Shown in pieces: positions 1 to 8,370 of a DNA stretch of 57,230 nucleotides. Within the stretch, counting starts at the first letter, position 1. Each line of letters starts with the position of its first letter. Both the position numbers and the translations under genes were made by a program. The stretch lies in assembly GCA_963609725.1 (NCBI GenBank), contig CAVDLI010000001.1, positions 1 through 57,230 on the forward strand, in the 5' to 3' direction. The stretch is from a bacterium. GTDB lineage: Bacteria; Spirochaetota; Spirochaetia; Sphaerochaetales; Sphaerochaetaceae. Below the pieces are notes generated by a model. That model was not told where the DNA came from. It ran no database searches and was given only the letters and a program-made list of their open reading frames with translations.

Positions 1-22
1 TTTATCTCGCAAATCCAAAACC

Positions 23-54
23 AATCTCCACAAAGCTCATTTTGCAAAAACCTC
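23..54. repeat. 32-nt intergenic repeat, copy A (30/32 identical to 55574-55605)
   Basis: aatctccacaaagctcattttgcaaaaacctc. Lies just 3' of the dnaK stop. Contains the TTTTGCAAAA palindrome (40-49) and AAACCTC (48-54). Confidence 0.8.
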
Positions 55-84
55 ACAAAAGTATTTACAAACCCACTACTATTA

Positions 85-2025
85 TTAGTTGACAACCTCA
101 TAATCAGCATCTGAAGCATCATTTGTGTTAGGTCCACCGTTAGATGCACCGGCTCCTGGTTGTGCACCACCGGCACTAGATCCTGCATCAGAACCACCTT
201 GAGCTCCTTGAGGATTTGCATTTTTGTACATCTCTTCAGCAATCTTGTAAGAAGCTGTCTGAAGAGCCTCTGTCTTTGCTTTAATCTCATCAACAGATGC
301 GCTTTGATTTGCAAGTACACTCTTAAGGTCAGAAAGCGCTGCTTCTACATTAGCTTTATCTTGAGAACTTACCTTGTCGCCATAGTCTTTGAGAGCCTTC
401 TCTGTCTGATACACAAGGCTGTCTGCTGTATTGCGAGTATCAATTCTCTCACGCTCTTTCTTGTCCTCTTCTGCGTGCATCTCTGCATCTTTGACCATTT
501 TTTCAATTTCACTCTCATCAAGGCCACTTGAACTCTGAATTTGAATACTCTGCTCTTTTCCAGTTCCAAGGTCCTTTGCAGAAACATGAACTATACCGTT
601 AGCATCAATATCAAATGTAACTTCAATCTGTGGTACTCCTCTTGGAGCTGCAGGAATGCCAACAAGATCAAATGTTCCAAGTGTTCTGTTCTGAGAAGCC
701 ATCTCACGTTCACCTTGAAGAACATGAATGCTTACAGCTGTTTGTCCATCTGCAGCAGTTGAGAAAACTTGGCTCTTTCTTGTAGGGATTGTAGTATTTC
801 TCTCAATGAGCTTTGTTGTAACTCCGCCAAGAGTTTCAATTCCCAACGAAAGAGGTGTTACATCCAAAAGAAGAACATCTTTAACAGAACCGCCAAGAAT
901 ACCACCTTGAATAGCAGCACCCATTGCAACAACTTCATCTGGGTTTACACCCTTATGAGGCTCTTTGCCAAAAAGCTCTTTAACAACAGCTTGAACTTTT
1001 GGAACACGAGTTGAACCACCAACCAAAATTACTTGGTCAATGTCGTTTGCTGTAAGACCAGCATCTTTCAATGCGTTTCTGCATGGAACTTTTGTTCTTT
1101 CAATCAAGTCATCAACCATTTGTTCAAATGCAGCTCTTGTAAGTGTCATTTGAAGATGTTTTGGACCTGTTGCATCAGCAGAAATGAACGGCAAGTTAAT
1201 ATCTGTAGAAGTAGAGTTAGAAAGCTCAATCTTAGCTTTTTCAGCTGCTTCTTTAAGTCTCTGCAATGCCATCTTGTCTTTTGAAAGGTCAATGCCAGTA
1301 TCTTTCTTAAAGCTATCTACCATCCACTCAATTATTCTTTGGTCAAAGTTATCTCCACCAAGGTGTGTATCACCATTTGTAGATTTAACTTCAAATACGC
1401 CGTCGCCCAACTCAAGGATAGAAATATCAAATGTACCACCGCCAAGGTCGTATACAGCAATTTTTTCATCCTTAGAAGAATCCTTGCCAAACCCGTATGC
1501 CAAAGCCGCTGCTGTAGGCTCATTGACAATTCTCTTGACCTCAAGCCCAGCAATCTTTCCAGCATCCTTTGTAGCCTGACGCTGTGCGTCGTTAAAGTAT
1601 GCAGGAACTGTAATTACAGCTTCTGTAACAGGTTCACCAAGATAATCTTCTGCAGTTTTCTTCATCTTTTGAAGAATTCTTGCAGAAATCTCTTCCGGAC
1701 TATACTCTTTATCCCTAATGACAACTTTAATTGTATCATTTGGGCCCGATACTACTTTATAAGGAATCATAGAAAGCTCATTTGGAACTTCCTTGTATTT
1801 CCTTCCCATGAAACGTTTAATAGAGAATACTGTGTTCTCTGCATTTGTAACAATTTGGTTCTTTGCAGGCTGACCAACAAGGCAGTCTCCCTTTGCTGTA
1901 AAACCAACAACTGAAGGAGTTGTTCTTTGTCCTTCAGAGTTTGCCATAACTACTGGCTCAGAACCTTCCATAACAGCAACGCAGCTGTTTGTAGTTCCTA
2001 AATCAATTCCAATTATCTTTCCCAT
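85..2025 (-). CDS. dnaK: Molecular chaperone DnaK (Hsp70)
   Basis: 646 aa with Hsp70 signatures [17 protein letters not shown] and [11 protein letters not shown] at 2025 with an AGGGAG SD about 10 nt upstream. Lies directly downstream of grpE. Confidence 0.97.
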   Translation of the reverse strand: MGKIIGIDLGTTNSCVAVMEGSEPVVMANSEGQRTTPSVVGFTAKGDCLVGQPAKNQIVTNAENTVFSIKRFMGRKYKEVPNELSMIPYKVVSGPNDTIKVVIRDKEYSPEEISARILQKMKKTAEDYLGEPVTEAVITVPAYFNDAQRQATKDAGKIAGLEVKRIVNEPTAAALAYGFGKDSSKDEKIAVYDLGGGTFDISILELGDGVFEVKSTNGDTHLGGDNFDQRIIEWMVDSFKKDTGIDLSKDKMALQRLKEAAEKAKIELSNSTSTDINLPFISADATGPKHLQMTLTRAAFEQMVDDLIERTKVPCRNALKDAGLTANDIDQVILVGGSTRVPKVQAVVKELFGKEPHKGVNPDEVVAMGAAIQGGILGGSVKDVLLLDVTPLSLGIETLGGVTTKLIERNTTIPTRKSQVFSTAADGQTAVSIHVLQGEREMASQNRTLGTFDLVGIPAAPRGVPQIEVTFDIDANGIVHVSAKDLGTGKEQSIQIQSSSGLDESEIEKMVKDAEMHAEEDKKERERIDTRNTADSLVYQTEKALKDYGDKVSSQDKANVEAALSDLKSVLANQSASVDEIKAKTEALQTASYKIAEEMYKNANPQGAQGGSDAGSSAGGAQPGAGASNGGPNTNDASDADYEVVN

Positions 2026-2160
2026 AATATTTATGCTCCCTAAAGATGAGTGTCTTTTTTTATTTCACGGTTAATTTACAAAACACAATTTGTTTCGTCA
2101 AATTTATTAAAGGTTTTTCACAAAGCTCTCTTAAATTTTTATTTTGGTTTTGTTTTATCT

Positions 2161-2796
2161 TTATTCCGGCTTGCCAATTCTTACTTTTGACGGCCTTAGA
2201 ATTCTGCCATGAAGTGTATAACCTTTAAGGAAATCCTCAAGAACAGTTTCATTTTCAAGACTGTTATCAACAGTGACCATGCAAGCTTCATGAACTTGAG
2301 GATCAAACTCTTTTCCAACAGAATCTATTACTTTAAGACCCCAGTTTTTATCAAGATTTGCCAAAAGCTGACTTTGTGCCATTTCAATACCCTGAACAAG
2401 ATTTGCAACATCACCGCCAGCTTTTGCAGCACTTAAAGCTCTATCTAGGTTATCTAAGAACGGCAAAATTTCCTCAAGAAGTTTTGCATTAGCAAATTGC
2501 ACAGCTTCCTCTTTATCTCTAACAAGCCTTTTCCTGTAATTTTCAAGTTCTGCTTGACGTCTTGCCATTTGATCTTTAAGAGTAGCATTTTGAGTTTGCA
2601 ATTCTTCAACTTTGGAATTTAGTGCAAAAATTTCATCTTCTTTCTTCTCTTCTGAAGTTTTTTCTTGAAAAGTGGCCTCTTTTTGAGAGTTTGAAGATTT
2701 CTCTGTATCTTCTAGAACTTCTTCTTTGTCACAAGAGACATTCTCTTCATTAATATCTTTTTTTTCAGCTTTTTCGTTTGATTTATTGTTTTTCAT
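2161..2796 (-). CDS. grpE: Nucleotide exchange factor GrpE
   Basis: ORF 2161..2850 trimmed to ATG 2796 (MKNNKSNEK...), which has a GAGAAGG SD. Coiled-coil N-terminal half plus a conserved GrpE C-terminal core (...FLKGYTLHGRILRPSKV). Sits upstream of dnaK. Confidence 0.9.
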   Translation of the reverse strand: MKNNKSNEKAEKKDINEENVSCDKEEVLEDTEKSSNSQKEATFQEKTSEEKKEDEIFALNSKVEELQTQNATLKDQMARRQAELENYRKRLVRDKEEAVQFANAKLLEEILPFLDNLDRALSAAKAGGDVANLVQGIEMAQSQLLANLDKNWGLKVIDSVGKEFDPQVHEACMVTVDNSLENETVLEDFLKGYTLHGRILRPSKVRIGKPE

Positions 2797-2833
2797 GATA
2801 CCTTCTCTTTTGGGATTTTTGCTAAACCCTCTT

Positions 2834-2863
2834 TTTATAAAGTATGTCACTTCTTTGTGTTAA
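2834..2863 (-). promoter_or_regulatory. Candidate sigma70-type promoter for grpE-dnaK (TTAACA-18 nt-TATAAA)
   Basis: Minus strand reads TTAACA (2863-2858), an 18-nt spacer, then TATAAA (2839-2834), about 40 nt upstream of the grpE ATG. No CIRCE inverted repeat is present. Confidence 0.3.
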
Positions 2864-2901
2864 CAAAAGCAAAATAACTTTATAAAAGTCTATCGTCAAG
2901 T

Positions 2902-4005
2902 TTACTGGTCATCTTCATCGTCAAACTCAACAACTTCTTCCTCTCCATAAGTTTCCCATTGAGAATATGAATCATTTTGAAAATCTTGAGTATCTTGCAT
3001 ATCTTGTAAGTCAATGTCTTTATTACTTAAAACGTCATCAAAATCATCATCTTGAACCTTGGGTTCTATCTCACTTGGCTCTTTATTTGCCTCATTGTTT
3101 GTCTCTTTACTTGGCTCTTCATTTAAGACAGTCCCTTGAGTTTCAACTTTTGCAATTACTTCTGGACTACTATTTTGACTAGAAGAAACTTTCTCTGGGC
3201 TAGGGGCAGAAGAACTAGATGCGTTTACAAGAGAATTGGCCTGTGCCATAAGAGATAAAAGAGAGTTTTCTTGTTTACGTGCAATATCAAGTTTAGTTTC
3301 AAGTTCTCCAAAAAATTCCTGTACTGTATGAATGACAGACTTAAATGCATCATCAATCTTTCTAAGGCGCAATTCTGTATCTTTATCAGTCTTGTCTTTG
3401 AATGCTTCAAAAATTTGCATACTTTCTTTGTGAAGCCCTTCCATTGCCTCATCCATACTACTGTCTGTTTCACTTACAGCTGTATTCATCCTGCCAATAG
3501 ACTCCCTCTCAAGCTGAATAACACGTTGTTCATGCTTTCTTAAGTGATCGTCTGCATCACGCATATCTTGTCTGAAACCATCAATGACATTGCGCACTTT
3601 CTCAAGTCTATCAACATCATTTTGTACCATTGTTATTTTGTCATCAGCATCAGAAGTAAGACGTGCAAGACCCTCAAGAGCTTCTTTGTATGTTTCCATA
3701 GCCATCTTGAGACGAGCCAAATCTTCAGAATATGACCTGAGTTCTCCAAGTTGGCTATTGACAGTTTGAATGAGTGTTTTGACTTCATCATCTTTTTTTG
3801 CAATAGTTTGCTCAAGTTCCGCAGCATATTGCTTGAAAGAATTATCACTAGATTCAACATCACTTTTATATTTATCTAAAAGCTTTTTCACAGTAGAAAG
3901 GCTACGACTGCTCTTATCGCTAGCCCTTAGAGTAAAAACTACAATCATTGATACAACAAATAAAGCAATGGGCAATAAAACAGGAATTAAAGAAACAAAA
4001 TCCAT
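2902..4005 (-). CDS. Membrane-anchored coiled-coil protein with a highly acidic C-terminus (function unknown)
   Basis: ORF 2902..4110 trimmed to ATG 4005. GGAGG sits 9 nt upstream, and this start lies 1 nt past the TGA of the upstream HAD gene, whereas the longer ORF would overlap it by about 100 nt. One N-terminal TM helix (LIPVLLPIALFVVSMIVVFTL), about 250 aa of heptad-like E/K/D/L-rich sequence, then a D/E/Q-rich tail (...EEEVVEFDDEDDQ). Confidence 0.6.
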   Translation of the reverse strand: MDFVSLIPVLLPIALFVVSMIVVFTLRASDKSSRSLSTVKKLLDKYKSDVESSDNSFKQYAAELEQTIAKKDDEVKTLIQTVNSQLGELRSYSEDLARLKMAMETYKEALEGLARLTSDADDKITMVQNDVDRLEKVRNVIDGFRQDMRDADDHLRKHEQRVIQLERESIGRMNTAVSETDSSMDEAMEGLHKESMQIFEAFKDKTDKDTELRLRKIDDAFKSVIHTVQEFFGELETKLDIARKQENSLLSLMAQANSLVNASSSSAPSPEKVSSSQNSSPEVIAKVETQGTVLNEEPSKETNNEANKEPSEIEPKVQDDDFDDVLSNKDIDLQDMQDTQDFQNDSYSQWETYGEEEVVEFDDEDDQ

Positions 4006-4006
4006 G

Positions 4007-4768
4007 TCAAACATCCTCCAAGCGTTCAAATAACCACTTGTCAAAATCAAGCCAAGAAGCAAAAACTCCACAAGAGAGTCCATACTTTTCACTTTTTGTC
4101 TTTTTTGCATTCACAAGAACAGCATCAAGGCCCGCATTATGAGCGCCAACTACATCTTTTGAATAACTGTCGCCCACATAGAGCGCCTCACTTGGCTCCA
4201 ATTTCATATTATACATCAAATACTCAAAACAGTGGATATTTGGCTTAAGAAAACCAACATCTTCACTTGAAGCTGCAAAATCCACATATTGAGAAACCCC
4301 CAACCCTTCTAGCTTAGAAAATAAAGGAAAGTCACTAAATACACCAATTTTTACGCCTTTGGCTTGTAGTTTTCTAAATGTCTCTACTACGCCGTCATAA
4401 GGTTTTGTTCTTGCATACATCTTTTCCATTGGTTGGTATATAGACTTTTCAATGCGCTCTTGTATCTTGGCTGTAGACATATTTATTAAGGAAAGCTCTT
4501 TTTCTCTCGCTTTTAGACTAATGTCAAATTTTTCCTTACTATCTATCTTTTTTTGCATTAGTGTAGCTTCTCGAGCCATCATTGACTTATTCTTAAAAAG
4601 ATCATTTTTTTTAAAATCATCTTGTACTTCTCTAAAAACTCGTCTCATTTTATTGTACTTAAGAGAAAAAAACGGGCATTTAAGACCCAGAGCTAAAAGC
4701 CTGCGGTTCATCACAGAACGTGGATAAAGAGTACCATCTATGTCAAAGCAAACAGCTTTATATCTCAT
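4007..4768 (-). CDS. HAD-superfamily hydrolase (phosphatase-like)
   Basis: 253 aa. Motif I is CFDIDGTLYP and motif IV is VGDSYSKDVVGAHNAG, with a large cap insertion between them. AAGGAG SD upstream of ATG 4768. Confidence 0.8.
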   Translation of the reverse strand: MRYKAVCFDIDGTLYPRSVMNRRLLALGLKCPFFSLKYNKMRRVFREVQDDFKKNDLFKNKSMMAREATLMQKKIDSKEKFDISLKAREKELSLINMSTAKIQERIEKSIYQPMEKMYARTKPYDGVVETFRKLQAKGVKIGVFSDFPLFSKLEGLGVSQYVDFAASSEDVGFLKPNIHCFEYLMYNMKLEPSEALYVGDSYSKDVVGAHNAGLDAVLVNAKKTKSEKYGLSCGVFASWLDFDKWLFERLEDV

Positions 4769-4866
4769 TAGAAAACTCCTTAATATTGAAAAACCTCTCT
4801 TTAGAAATCGTATTGTAAGAAATCCTTACAATGCTACACGTACAAATGATGAACTTGTACAACTCT

Positions 4867-6483
4867 TTAGCCACGTTTTTTAACCTTACTTTGTACTGTA
4901 TTCTTTTGTTTTGAGTTTTTGTAAGTCTCTCTTGCTTTTTGTACCGCAATGGCTTTGGCTTTGGCGCCAACTTTTTTAGCTTTTGGAGTAGCTTTTGCTT
5001 TTCCACCTTTTGGCTTTTGAGAATTTGTCTGCAATTTCCTGTTTGCGCCATCTCCTACTGTTTTTTTGCTAGAACCTTTGCTATTAGGCTCTTGTTTTGT
5101 GTCTTGTTTTGCAGAACTTTGTTTTGCATTTTGACCCAAATTGTGATTACTTTCACTTCGTTCTCTTTCTCTAAGATTTATCTCTATTGGAATAAGAGAG
5201 AACCCAAGATCCTTTCTTATGCAGTTTTTAAGATATTGTACATACACTTGAGGGAAATCTTTTTTCCTATTTATAAAAAACAAGAATTTTACAGGATTTA
5301 CAGATATTTGAGTGCCATAATAAACCTTATAATGTCCCTCTGTGCCTCGTGGAGGCTGGTATGCTTCTGACCAGACTTTAAGAGCATCATTAAGTGTTGC
5401 TGTATCTATTCTCTTTCCAAGTTGAGTGTACACTTTTAGAACTGTATCAAGCATTGGAGCAATAGATATTCCTTTTGTTGCTGATATAAATTGTATTGGT
5501 GCAAAATTTAGAATTGGGAATTGAAACCTAACTCTATCTTCTATTGCTGTCATCTCGTTTGCAACGCCTTTAAGAAGGTCAATCTTGTTGAGAACAAGTA
5601 CAACTCCTTTTCCTCTTCTTACAATGAGATTTGCAATCTTTTTATCTTGCTCTGCAAGACCTTCTTTAGAGTCAACAACAAGAAGAACAACATCTGCTTC
5701 ATCAATAGTCTTTATTGCTCTATTGACTGAATAATATTCAACGTCTTCTTCAACTTTAGATTTTCTTCTAATGCCGGCTGTATCAAGTATTGTAAAAGTT
5801 TGTCCTTTATATTGGAAACTTCCTTTCACTACATCTCTTGTTGTTCCTGCAATGGGACTTACAATAGAAAGATCCATCCCTGTCAAAAGGTTTGTGAGTG
5901 TGCTTTTCCCCGTATTTGGCTTTCCTAATACAGCCAATTTTATAGAATTGGAGTCAAAATCACTCTTGAGCTCGTCTACGTAATCGGTCTTATCTTCTAA
6001 ATCAAGCATTCCCAAAAGTGTTTCTTCCAAAGTGTCTATGCCAAGTCCATGTGCAGATGAAATGCCAACAATTCGTTGATATCCATAGGAAAAGTAATTC
6101 CAAATGAGGTCTTCACGAGTGTAATCGTCTATTTTGTTTACAGCTAGGACAATTTTATCGGTATATGGGCGGAGCTCTTTCATGAGCATATTGTCTTCAG
6201 GCGTGACTTCTGTGCAGTCAAGTAGAAAAATTATTGCATCTGCGCTATCAAGTAGAGACAAGCTTTTCTTTGAGACAAGTTCGTCAAAACCTTCCAAGTC
6301 AAGTTTTACGCCACCGCTGTCTGTGAGGTTTACTGCATGACCACAAAGTATCCAACGCTCAGTTATTGGGTCTCGTGTTACACCTGGCGTAGGATCTGTT
6401 ATGGCTCTTCTTTTGCCAACAAGTCTATTAAAGAGAGTGGATTTTCCTACATTAGGTCTTCCAATTATTACAATGTTTTTCAT
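4867..6483 (-). CDS. der: Ribosome-biogenesis GTPase Der (EngA) with a Lys-rich C-terminal extension
   Basis: ORF trimmed to ATG 6483 (MKNIVIIGRPNVGKSTLFN), which has a GAGGAA SD. Two tandem GTPase domains (GRPNVGKST and GKPNTGKST, each with DTAG/DSGG and NKID) plus a KH-like domain. About 100 extra K/Q/S-rich residues follow at the C-terminus. Confidence 0.92.
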   Translation of the reverse strand: MKNIVIIGRPNVGKSTLFNRLVGKRRAITDPTPGVTRDPITERWILCGHAVNLTDSGGVKLDLEGFDELVSKKSLSLLDSADAIIFLLDCTEVTPEDNMLMKELRPYTDKIVLAVNKIDDYTREDLIWNYFSYGYQRIVGISSAHGLGIDTLEETLLGMLDLEDKTDYVDELKSDFDSNSIKLAVLGKPNTGKSTLTNLLTGMDLSIVSPIAGTTRDVVKGSFQYKGQTFTILDTAGIRRKSKVEEDVEYYSVNRAIKTIDEADVVLLVVDSKEGLAEQDKKIANLIVRRGKGVVLVLNKIDLLKGVANEMTAIEDRVRFQFPILNFAPIQFISATKGISIAPMLDTVLKVYTQLGKRIDTATLNDALKVWSEAYQPPRGTEGHYKVYYGTQISVNPVKFLFFINRKKDFPQVYVQYLKNCIRKDLGFSLIPIEINLRERERSESNHNLGQNAKQSSAKQDTKQEPNSKGSSKKTVGDGANRKLQTNSQKPKGGKAKATPKAKKVGAKAKAIAVQKARETYKNSKQKNTVQSKVKKRG

Positions 6484-6781
6484 AATTCCTCGCTTTGTGC
6501 TCGTAGTAAACAACTCATAGTAAACAACTCATAGTAAACAATTAAACAAAAACAGACAATTGCTTTAGTTTATTGCCTTTAGGAACTGAGACGAAATAAG
6601 TTGTGCAATTAATACGAAGTTATGGAGGTTTTTCAAGGAATTATCTTTAGACAATATGAGCATATGGCTAAATATGATGACGTAGAAACTTGGAATTAGA
6701 ACAAGTAGAAATGTTCAAATTATTTTGGAACAGTTCCTTAGATTATTGGATTATTGCGCATGTTGTTGTACTCTTATTGCT

Positions 6782-7384
6782 ATGATTGAAGACTTACAAG
6801 ATGAGTTTGAAGAAGAAAAACCAACCCAAAGCAAACCAAAAAGCTTAAAACGAGGAGCTTTTCTAGCCATCGCTTTCATCTTTTGGATAATATATGCTGG
6901 TGTTGTTGGAATAATTTGCGCCCCAAAGATCATTATATCCTTTAGAGAAAGCGGTGTGCGTTCTTACGTGCAAAATGCAATCTCTCAAAAAAACCAAGCA
7001 AAAGTACATGAAGCTTCTTTGTGTTTTGCAATTCCTCTTTCTTTTGGGCAAGTAACATACAAGATTTTCAATCAAGATGTGCAATCTGTTAATGCAACAT
7101 TGTGTCATGATGCAATAGAGGGTTTACTGGATGGTCCTGGCAAAGAAGCTCTTTCAAATGGGGCTGTGTCTTTTATTGCACAAGGAACTTCTCTTAGAGG
7201 TCTTACGGTTTCACAAGGTGTTGCGTTTGTTGATTTTTCTGGAGAATTTCTTACATCTGGCAGTGATTGGGGAACCGGTGGACTAGAGACAGCTATAACG
7301 CAAGTAGAAAAAACTCTCAAAGCCTGCAATCCAAGTATCAAAAACGTAGTAATAATGGTAGATGGTTCAGTGCTAGATTTATAA
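6782..7384 (+). CDS. GerMN-domain membrane-anchored protein
   Basis: The ORF track starts at TTG 6725; the first in-frame ATG is 6782 (MIEDLQDEF...). One TM helix (AFLAIAFIFWIIYAGVVGIICA), then a GerMN-like core (LLDGPGKEALSNGAVSFIAQGTSLRGLTVSQGVAFVDFSGEF). No clear SD, so the start is uncertain. Confidence 0.5.
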   Translation: MIEDLQDEFEEEKPTQSKPKSLKRGAFLAIAFIFWIIYAGVVGIICAPKIIISFRESGVRSYVQNAISQKNQAKVHEASLCFAIPLSFGQVTYKIFNQDVQSVNATLCHDAIEGLLDGPGKEALSNGAVSFIAQGTSLRGLTVSQGVAFVDFSGEFLTSGSDWGTGGLETAITQVEKTLKACNPSIKNVVIMVDGSVLDL

Positions 7385-7388
7385 GAGG

Positions 7389-7487
7389 TTTATGGGAACG
7401 TTTATAGAAGTTTACAGAAAGCTTGTAGAAGACTTATGGGAAACTTGTGGGAATTTATGGAAAACTTCTGGGGATTTTATGGGGATT
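7389..7487. repeat. Nine tandem degenerate copies of an ~11-nt unit (consensus TTRTGGGAAAC)
   Basis: Units start at 7389, 7401, 7411, 7423, 7434, 7445, 7455, 7466 and 7477, with lengths 12, 10, 12, 11, 11, 10, 11, 11 and 11 nt. That is 99 nt in 9 units, so the mean period is 11.0 nt. Flanked by GAGGTTT (7385-7391) and TTTTGCAAAA (7488-7497). Confidence 0.8.
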
Positions 7488-7545
7488 TTTTGCAAAACGC
7501 CATTAATAAAAACCTCATAATTGCCTTTTTGTTAGAATAACAACA

Positions 7546-7574
7546 TTGCATAAACTATTTATCTCATTTATGTA
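7546..7574 (+). promoter_or_regulatory. Candidate promoter of the ECF/DUF62 island (TTGCAT-17 nt-TATGTA)
   Basis: TTGCAT at 7546-7551, a 17-nt spacer, then TATGTA at 7569-7574. An inverted repeat ATGTTGT-N7-ACAACAT (about 7590-7610) lies between it and the SD. Confidence 0.35.
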
Positions 7575-7662
7575 CAAATAGATACAAAAATGTTGTTAAT
7601 TTTACAACATAAATGCAAAAAGTGTGATAGACTGTGAGTATCTTACTAATTGGAGTTACAAA

Positions 7663-8259
7663 ATGGAAGAAAAGAAAAACATTGGAAAGCTGATCCTAGG
7701 TGAGTGGAACACAAAAACTATCGTAGCTGTTGCTGTTGGAGCAGCCTTGTTTGGAGTACTTATGTGCTATGGCGGAATTCCTATTTTTACAAACACAAGC
7801 CTTACGACTGCAATGCTAGTACCTGTAATAGTGGGTGGTCTCTTTGGACCTCTTCCAGCATTTGTGGCTGCAGGAGTTGGAAACGTAATTGCAGACTTGA
7901 TAGGTGGCTGGGGAATGTGGTTTGACTGGTCAATAGGAAATGCAATTATGGCATTCTGCGTTGGGCTTCTTCCTGTTTATGGCGCAAATATAAAAGAAGG
8001 CATATTTGAAGTCAAACACATGATTATCTATGCTGTATGTTGCATACTTGGAAATGTTATTTCATTTGGTGTCATAACTCCAATTTTTACAGTAATCTTC
8101 TATGGAGGAGACCTTGAAGTAACATTCATTCAAGCATTTGCAGCAACTCTTGGAAACTTTGCTGTGTTGGTAGTAGTTGGAATACCATTGCTTAAAATTC
8201 TTGCAAACCGCTACAAATCAAGATCTAACCTTTCTCAAGAGCAGAGCAATAGTTATTGA
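7663..8259 (+). CDS. ECF transporter substrate-capture (S) component, substrate unknown
   Basis: The ORF track starts at GTG 7624; ATG 7663 (MEEKKNIGK...) has a GGAG SD 7 nt upstream. About 198 aa, entirely hydrophobic with about 6 predicted TM helices and Gly-rich helices (VIVGGLFGPLPAFVAAGVGNVIADLIGGWG). Directly precedes the ECF ATPase and T genes. Confidence 0.75.
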   Translation: MEEKKNIGKLILGEWNTKTIVAVAVGAALFGVLMCYGGIPIFTNTSLTTAMLVPVIVGGLFGPLPAFVAAGVGNVIADLIGGWGMWFDWSIGNAIMAFCVGLLPVYGANIKEGIFEVKHMIIYAVCCILGNVISFGVITPIFTVIFYGGDLEVTFIQAFAATLGNFAVLVVVGIPLLKILANRYKSRSNLSQEQSNSY

Positions 8260-8271
8260 TAAGATAAAAAT

Positions 8272-8304
8272 GGGGTTGCATTAAAATGCAGCCCTGTTTT
8301 TTTT
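8272..8304 (+). terminator. Intrinsic terminator/attenuator between the S-component and ATPase genes
   Basis: Stem GGGGTTGCAT (8272-8281), loop TAAA, stem ATGCAGCCC (8286-8294, one G-U pair), then TGTTTTTTTT. Confidence 0.7.
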
Positions 8305-8370
8305 ACATTTAAGAGGTCTAAATCTTTTGACTTTTGCAACAGCCTCTAATCATAAAAACAGGAACAGTTC

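Noticed and set aside
2026-2901. CIRCE operator or hrcA associated with grpE-dnaK
   Set aside because: I scanned both spacers on both strands for TTAGCACTC-N9-GAGTGCTAA-like inverted repeats and found none. No HrcA-like ORF is present in the window.
6633-6710. 25-codon ORF (MEVFQGIIFRQYEHMAKYDDVETWN*) in the der/GerMN divergent spacer
   Set aside because: There is no SD upstream, and the GGAGG is inside the ORF as part of the dispersed motif. It has no hydrophobic or conserved features. Probably non-coding.
7500-7662. Riboswitch upstream of the ECF/DUF62 operon (SAM, THI-box, preQ1 or cobalamin type)
   Set aside because: The region is very AT-rich. The only helix is a 7-bp inverted repeat (ATGTTGT-N7-ACAACAT), and none of the conserved cores I know for these classes is visible. 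I cannot exclude a novel element without covariance searches.
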